From: Candidatus Micrarchaeota archaeon
Lineage (GTDB): Archaea > B1Sed10-29 > B47-G15
Direction: 5' to 3'
Length of the DNA: 42,634 bases
Assembly (NCBI GenBank): GCA_003660975.1
Contig: QMVG01000007.1
Span: 1-42,634 of the forward strand
Made by a program: the position numbers and the translations under genes. Each line of letters opens with the position of its first letter. The stretch's first letter is position 1. Shown here in pieces: positions 37,471-42,634 of this stretch. The notes beneath the pieces are model-generated. The model had not been told where the DNA came from. It ran no database searches and was given only the letters and a program-made list of their open reading frames with translations.

Positions 37471-38658
37471 GTGTTGAGAATGAGGTATGAAACAAGGCTT
37501 TGCGCGTTGAAATTCGCCCTCTCCTTCGGGATTTCCGGAGCGTTAGCAGTGCCTCTTCTCACGCTGTGGGGAGGTCTGAGCCTCACAGAGGTATTCCTTT
37601 TGCAGACCTGGTACAGCGTGCTTGCTGTGGCATTTGAGATTCCAACAGGCAGCATTGCTGACAAAATAGGGAGAAAGAAATCGCTGCTGCTAGGCTCTGT
37701 GCTTTCTGCACTAGCATGCGTTGTTTACGTGAGCTACCCTGCATTTGCTGTCTTTGCCCTTGGAGAACTGCTCTTCGCAGTTGGAGCAGCTCTCAACTCA
37801 GGAGCAGCAGAGGCATTTGCATACGACTACCTAAAAAGGACAGGCAGAGATATGCACTCCTTGGGGCTTTTCTCCAAGATGAGAGCTGCCTCAGTAATAG
37901 CGCATATACTGGCCCTGCCTCTTGGCACTGGCATAGCTTCCCTGCTGCCTTTCCCTATGAGCCTGAGAATGCCAATGTTTTTGACAGCACTGCCTTTCAG
38001 CATAGCAGCAATTGTGGCACTATCAATGAAAGAACCTGAATTAAGCGGCAGGGGAAAAGCATACCTGACCCTGGTAAGGAAAGGTCTGACATATCTAGTG
38101 AGGCACGAGAAATTAAGAGCGCTAGCAATAGACAAAGCAAGCATCTCTGCTGTGGCTTTTATGATGTTCTGGCTATACCAGGCCATACTAATGAAATACA
38201 ACCTGCACATATTCTGGTTTGGTGTGCTGGCTGCAGTGTTCAACATAGCTGGCGTAATAGCTATAGGCATCTTGGTGAAAGCAGAGGACAAATTAGGGCT
38301 CAAGAATACCCTAAGTGCTACATCTCTGATAATAGGCTTGTCTTACATAGCTACCAGCTTAGGCATAGTGCCCATTGCTGTGTTGGGAATTACAGTGGTG
38401 ATATCTCTAAAACTTGGAAGAGAGCCAATATTTGACCACTACATGAACAGGCATATAGCTTCTGAAACAAGGGCAACTGTGCTCTCTGCAGTATCAATGC
38501 TCCAGAGGCTGTTGATATCACTGCTCTACGTGGTTGTTGGAGTACTGGCAGACATGTCTCTGGAAGGGACATTAGTGGTCCTAGGCGTAGCTGCCATGAC
38601 ACTTGGTTTAGCATCAAGAGTGAGAGAAGAAAAGCTGGGCGTAGAAAACAGCAGATGA
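37471..38658 (+). CDS. MFS transporter
   Basis: FEIPTGSIADKIGRKKS (motif A), SGA..A..YD.L, RATVLS; about 12 TM; start GTG 37471 or ATG 37480. Confidence 0.9.
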   Translation: MLRMRYETRLCALKFALSFGISGALAVPLLTLWGGLSLTEVFLLQTWYSVLAVAFEIPTGSIADKIGRKKSLLLGSVLSALACVVYVSYPAFAVFALGELLFAVGAALNSGAAEAFAYDYLKRTGRDMHSLGLFSKMRAASVIAHILALPLGTGIASLLPFPMSLRMPMFLTALPFSIAAIVALSMKEPELSGRGKAYLTLVRKGLTYLVRHEKLRALAIDKASISAVAFMMFWLYQAILMKYNLHIFWFGVLAAVFNIAGVIAIGILVKAEDKLGLKNTLSATSLIIGLSYIATSLGIVPIAVLGITVVISLKLGREPIFDHYMNRHIASETRATVLSAVSMLQRLLISLLYVVVGVLADMSLEGTLVVLGVAAMTLGLASRVREEKLGVENSR

Positions 38659-38669
38659 GAAGGCCACCC

Positions 38670-38693
38670 TAGGGGGCATTCGCCCCCTATTTT
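38670..38693 (+). terminator. GC hairpin + T-run terminator-like structure between convergent genes
   Basis: TAGGGGGC-ATTC-GCCCCCTA followed by TTTT. Confidence 0.65.
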
Positions 38694-39967
38694 ATCTTCA
38701 TTAAATTCTTCCTAAGGCACGATAGCGCAAGTGGCTTTATTATTGGATTCTTTTCATCCTTGATTCTCTTCCAGACATCATAATCAAGCAAATTCTCACA
38801 AGAGATGCCTAATTCATCACAGGCTTGCTTCACGGCCTCATAGCTCTCTGTATACTTCATGTAGGCATATACTCTTTTGTAATGCTTCCTGTGGGCTTCC
38901 AAATATTTCCTAACCCTGTCTTTTGTTACAGCAATGTACTCTTTCATCAGCTCCTCTGTCTCCTCCCACTCAGGCCAGTCATAGGCATTAAAAGGATGAT
39001 TGTCTGAAAACTCTATTGGAACCACGCCAGGTGTGCTTACAACTACCCGGTGTATTCTTGGAAATATTTTAAGTTTGGATATTGTTTTGTATATGGCTTT
39101 GTGCGTTGATGATGATGTGTACGGCTTCTTAAAGGAACATGGAAGGAAAAGGAGGATGTCCTTGCCTTTTGGGGCTTTGTAAAACCTCTGGAAGTAATCC
39201 TGCCATACATTGAAGTAAGGGTGCTTCAGGTTCTCCACAGAAGCTCCCTCTATCAGCAGCTGCTTCTCAGCTGGAAACTTTGGTCTGAATGCGTAGTTTT
39301 GGGCATCTGTTTCTATTTTTGGATTGTCTTTGTAAGGCGCTACGATTTCTTCAAACTCCTCAGGAGAGAGAGGCCTCCACTTCCCATTTACCCAATCATC
39401 AAAGAGGGGGGCCTTGGAATGTGGGAATGTATTTATCAAAACTATTGAGTCACTGTATTTCAGAGCAAAGTTAACGCTCTTCTCCAAATCTTTTTTGATG
39501 TCCTTAGAAAAGGGCATATTTACCATGAGATATGTTCTCACCTTGCAATTGTTCCTGTGCAATGTCTCAACTGCTTCAAGATAGTGTTTTATCCTAAATG
39601 GTTTTTGGTATTTCTCAAGAATCTCATCATCCGCGACTTCAAGACCTATGGCCACTGTTAGGTTCAAACCCTTGAAGGTGCTTAAGTTTTCATCTGTTAT
39701 GTATTGAGGTATCGACTCTATTATAAGGTTTTTGACGCCTTTGCTTTTGAGCTGTTTAGCAAACCAGTCCCTGAACTCCAATGGAAATTGCTTGTCATCA
39801 AGAAAAGAACCGCTTGAAAAGACTTTTACGGTGCTGTCCAAATTTAAAGACTCCACTTGCTTCTTCATTTTGTCTATGTCAACAGGGAACTCTAGCCTTC
39901 CCCAGCCACAAGCGTAGCACTTTCCCCATGAGCACTTTCCAGAAGACAGTATGATAACAGTTGTCAC
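38687..39967 (-). CDS. Fusion of RaSEA-like radical SAM domain (TIGR01210-like) and ArcS-like DUF5591 domain; candidate archaeosine synthase
   Basis: N: VIIL...CSWGKCYACG, VKVFSSGSFLD, IES.P.YI, VAIGLE, K, TYL...P, W..G..RP; C: LLFLPCSFKKPYTSSSTH, VVS.P.GVVP.E, YDWP. Confidence 0.8.
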   Translation of the reverse strand: MTTVIILSSGKCSWGKCYACGWGRLEFPVDIDKMKKQVESLNLDSTVKVFSSGSFLDDKQFPLEFRDWFAKQLKSKGVKNLIIESIPQYITDENLSTFKGLNLTVAIGLEVADDEILEKYQKPFRIKHYLEAVETLHRNNCKVRTYLMVNMPFSKDIKKDLEKSVNFALKYSDSIVLINTFPHSKAPLFDDWVNGKWRPLSPEEFEEIVAPYKDNPKIETDAQNYAFRPKFPAEKQLLIEGASVENLKHPYFNVWQDYFQRFYKAPKGKDILLFLPCSFKKPYTSSSTHKAIYKTISKLKIFPRIHRVVVSTPGVVPIEFSDNHPFNAYDWPEWEETEELMKEYIAVTKDRVRKYLEAHRKHYKRVYAYMKYTESYEAVKQACDELGISCENLLDYDVWKRIKDEKNPIIKPLALSCLRKNLMKIK

Positions 39968-40734
39968 TGCCTCACCTGCTTGTATAGCGATCTTAGATCA
40001 TTGATATCAAGAGAGCGCACTTTTCTCGTGTCATTTATCTCCTTGGAAAAGGCAATCTTAACTGCGTTTTTCACGTCTTTATTCTTGTATCTAAAAAGCT
40101 CCCTGACAAAGTCATCAAATGCCTTATCCTTCTCAACACCTTTTTTCCTCAATCTGATAACAGCACTGTCAACCTTTGGCATTGGGTAAAAAGAGGATTT
40201 ATTGACTACTTCCATCATTTTGGCATCATAATAGTAATTGACCATTACGCTCAATCTCCCGTAATCTGGGTCTCCTGCTCCTGCAAGCATCCTTTCAGCA
40301 AACTCTTTTTGGTATGTAATGACTGCCAAGTCAAAGTCATAATCTAAAAGCTTGAATGTTATTGGAGCGCTTGCACTGTATGGAATGTTCGAAACTACCT
40401 TCGTGAATGAAGGCAGCTCCACTTTCAAGAAATCATCAAAAATAAAGTCAATGTTTTCATAAGCTGAAAGCTCGCTTTTTAACACTGGCTCCAATCTCCT
40501 GTCCTTTTCAACAGCGATTACTTTAGCTGCTTTCTCAGCTATCTTCCCGGTCAAGAAACCAAGACCTGGCCCTATTTCAAGAACAACATCGTCTTCTTTC
40601 AGCTCTGCATATCGTATCATCCTGTCAATAAAGCCCTCGTTTATTGCAAAGTACTGGTCCAAAACAGGAGATGCTCTAAAATTATATTTAGCCTCTATCG
40701 TTCCAATTCTGGACTTCAGGTCCATCCCAATCAC
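39964..40734 (-). CDS. rsmA: 16S rRNA m6,2A dimethyltransferase KsgA/RsmA/Dim1
   Basis: VLEIGPGLGFLT, VEKD, VSNIPY, QKEFAERM, YGRLSV, F.P.PKVDSAV. Confidence 0.95.
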   Translation of the reverse strand: MIGMDLKSRIGTIEAKYNFRASPVLDQYFAINEGFIDRMIRYAELKEDDVVLEIGPGLGFLTGKIAEKAAKVIAVEKDRRLEPVLKSELSAYENIDFIFDDFLKVELPSFTKVVSNIPYSASAPITFKLLDYDFDLAVITYQKEFAERMLAGAGDPDYGRLSVMVNYYYDAKMMEVVNKSSFYPMPKVDSAVIRLRKKGVEKDKAFDDFVRELFRYKNKDVKNAVKIAFSKEINDTRKVRSLDINDLRSLYKQVRQ

Positions 40735-41297
40735 GGCCTCTTTATCTTTGGGTTTTTAACAAACAAATAGTACTTGCAGTTTCCTTGCAGTTCTTCCAGT
40801 ATCCTGTCAACTATTACCCTCTTTGGGTCAGGCATCAGGTTTATCCTCTCGGATATCTCTTTAAAGGATTCAAAATTTTTCTTCTCCCTCTCGTCAAGTA
40901 TGTCAAACATGTGCTTCTTGCCAACGCCTGGCAACAGCTCCAAGGAGTGCTGCCTTATTGTTATTGGACCTGCCTTATTGAAGAAATCGACAAATTCCTT
41001 TTCTCTTTGCTCGACCATCTCGTTAACCACATCTCTCAATTCATTTCTTGCTGTGGCTGTTAACCTAGAAAAGTCAAGCTTCCCTTTTATGTACTGAATC
41101 TTGTCTCTTTTTTCCTTTCCTATATATACTCTGTCGCGAAGAGAAAGCTTCACGCCTGGCTTAACGCTCAACTCAAGAAGGGTGAAGTATTTTTCTCCCA
41201 GAGCTTGCGCTATGGCTTCCTTCTTATAAGAGGAAGCATATCCCATTGGGAGAAAGTCCAATACAATTGCGTACTCTTCTCTAAACAATTCATCCAC
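40731..41297 (-). CDS. DUF655 predicted RNA-binding protein
   Basis: EEYAIVLDFLP.G, FTLLEL, RVYIGK..RDKI, FFN.A.PI..R.H.LELLPG.GKK; conserved position between rpo4 and ksgA. Confidence 0.92.
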   Translation of the reverse strand: MDELFREEYAIVLDFLPMGYASSYKKEAIAQALGEKYFTLLELSVKPGVKLSLRDRVYIGKEKRDKIQYIKGKLDFSRLTATARNELRDVVNEMVEQREKEFVDFFNKAGPITIRQHSLELLPGVGKKHMFDILDEREKKNFESFKEISERINLMPDPKRVIVDRILEELQGNCKYYLFVKNPKIKRP

Positions 41298-41307
41298 CCT
41301 TCTGTTG

Positions 41308-41640
41308 TCATAGCTTTTGCACTATCTCAAGTATTTTTTTTATCTGAGGCTCTTTTAAATCGAACCTGATCTTTTCAAATATCAGTTTTACCTGCTCTTT
41401 ATTTGTTGGTTTAACATCCACTATCTTCACTGCGGTTTTTTCATCTATTCCCATGGCTGTCAGCTCGTTTATAGCTTCCTTTACCTTCTTCGATGAGCTT
41501 TTTCCAAACTCCTTGGCATAATCAAGCGTAACCTTTTGCTCGTAGGTCAGCTCTCCAAATTCCTTTTCCTGCTTTTCAAGTATTTTTTTTACCTCTGTGA
41601 GAGGTATGTATTTTTGTCCTATAATCTCCTTTCCTATCAT
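41308..41640 (-). CDS. rpoF: RNA polymerase subunit Rpo4 (RpoF)
   Basis: MIGKEII..KYI...EVK.IL, L.YEQ...LDY...F, AVKIVD..P. Confidence 0.92.
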   Translation of the reverse strand: MIGKEIIGQKYIPLTEVKKILEKQEKEFGELTYEQKVTLDYAKEFGKSSSKKVKEAINELTAMGIDEKTAVKIVDVKPTNKEQVKLIFEKIRFDLKEPQIKKILEIVQKL

Positions 41641-41645
41641 ATACA

Positions 41646-41942
41646 TCACTTCTGCGCTGTTAGATGAACAGGGTGCACAAGCACTTTCTTCTTTGCTTCT
41701 ATATCAGATACCTCCACATAATAACAATCTCCCTGCTTCCCTTTTATCACTCCTGTTTTTCCCCAAAACCTTCTGTGGGGCCTCCCATTGTGAACAGAGC
41801 TGTCGACTGTTATGTGCACCCTTTGGCCTGTCTTAAACTCTTGTATGAATTTATTAACATTAGGTATGCCTTTTTCTCTAACCCTTTTTCTAGCCTTGCT
41901 TCTAGTTTTTGCCATCGGTCCCTTATGTCTATGCTTAACCAT
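41646..41942 (-). CDS. rpl21e: 50S ribosomal protein L21e
   Basis: KG...KTR, F..GQRVHI.VD.SVH.GRPH.RF.GKTG.I, V.P.HL. Confidence 0.96.
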   Translation of the reverse strand: MVKHRHKGPMAKTRSKARKRVREKGIPNVNKFIQEFKTGQRVHITVDSSVHNGRPHRRFWGKTGVIKGKQGDCYYVEVSDIEAKKKVLVHPVHLTAQK

Positions 41943-42032
41943 AAGCAATCCTCCTACACTCCTTTATTTTTGTGTTAAGTTAGTATTTAAAACAAACACC
42001 TTTATATATCTGTTACCACTAAAAAGTAGTGT

Positions 42033-42353
42033 ATGGGAGAGATGACAGGCGAAGACAGGATATTTAAGTTTTGCATGGCTGTATTCGTATTGCTATTGTC
42101 TTATTATGCCATATATGGCGTGACAAATTTATTCAAGTTGCTCATATTCCTCGTAGCCCTTACAGCTGTAATACTAATGCTAAAAGGTGTTGTGGAAATA
42201 ATACTTTACGGAGAGCACCAGTCGTTTTCATCTGGAGGGGCCATAGCAGTGCTGCTTGTGCTCTTGTTCCAAGGAATGCCTGTCTTAATAAATGCTTTTC
42301 TCTTCATAGCTAGCATTCCGTTAACCTTGCTCTCAATGTTAAAGGGCTTCTAA
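42033..42353 (+). CDS. Small membrane protein
   Basis: 3-4 hydrophobic segments; TATA (TTTATATA) about 25-30 bp upstream. Confidence 0.6.
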   Translation: MGEMTGEDRIFKFCMAVFVLLLSYYAIYGVTNLFKLLIFLVALTAVILMLKGVVEIILYGEHQSFSSGGAIAVLLVLLFQGMPVLINAFLFIASIPLTLLSMLKGF

Positions 42354-42461
42354 AAGCTTGGCTTTTTAAAGCATAAGCTTTAAATACCTTTTTAAATACT
42401 ATATTAATCCCTTTATAAGCAAATTTATTGCACTGGTTTTAAACAGTAAGGAGCTGGTATT

Positions 42462-42634
42462 ATGGATATTAATTTTAAAATAGAGAACATAGTGGCATCT
42501 GCTTCTCTTGGTGTGGAGCTAGACCTCTATGCGATAGCAAGAGAGGTTGAGAATGTAGAATACGAACCAGAGCAGTTCCCAGGAGCTATACTGAAGCTGA
42601 AGAATCCAAAAACAAGCTTGCTTCTTTTCAAGAA
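42462..42634 (+). CDS. tbp: TATA-box binding protein (5' part, runs off window end)
   Basis: MDINFKIENIVASASLGVELDL...EYEPEQFPGAILKLKNPKTSLLLFK; not in ORF track. Confidence 0.95.
   Translation, partial: MDINFKIENIVASASLGVELDLYAIAREVENVEYEPEQFPGAILKLKNPKTSLLLFK

Noticed and set aside
37448-37490. Frameshifted MFS N-terminus or extra mini-ORFs (MPCSFNGQC, MDSVENEV)
   Set aside because: MFS appears complete from 37471/37480; ORFs this short are expected by chance
2811-42313. Numerous 60-160 aa antisense or overlapping ORFs in the ORF track
   Set aside because: They lie inside well-supported genes on other frames or strands and read as shadow ORFs

Overview
Gene-dense archaeal chromosomal segment (rps8e, rpl21e, Rpo4, TBP, Top6A/B, Rio1, Hef, Cgi121, tRNA-Asn). 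The compact layout and K/R/E-rich orphan genes suggest a DPANN-like lineage (inference only). Highlights: (1) an apparent cobalamin capture-activate-use operon: class II RNR nrdJ, BtuR/CobO adenosyltransferase, ECF S-component, a sequon-rich surface protein with transcobalamin-like domains in reversed order, and a second DUF4430 protein; (2) a single-polypeptide fusion of a RaSEA-like radical SAM domain and an ArcS-like DUF5591 domain (candidate minimal archaeosine synthase), coupled to the rpl21e-rpo4-DUF655-ksgA operon; (3) an AT-rich ~2.7 kb island (PIN-GNAT-EVE/ASCH + ASCH + PNPOx-like) bounded by a 10-bp direct repeat and ending in a degenerate integron attC-like hairpin; (4) a uORF with mutually exclusive hairpins upstream of an MFS transporter; (5) an HTH-iscS-iscU operon with twin palindromes flanking its TATA box; (6) a secreted repeat-Kazal-coiled-coil protein. 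All family calls come from motif recognition by eye; no searches were run.
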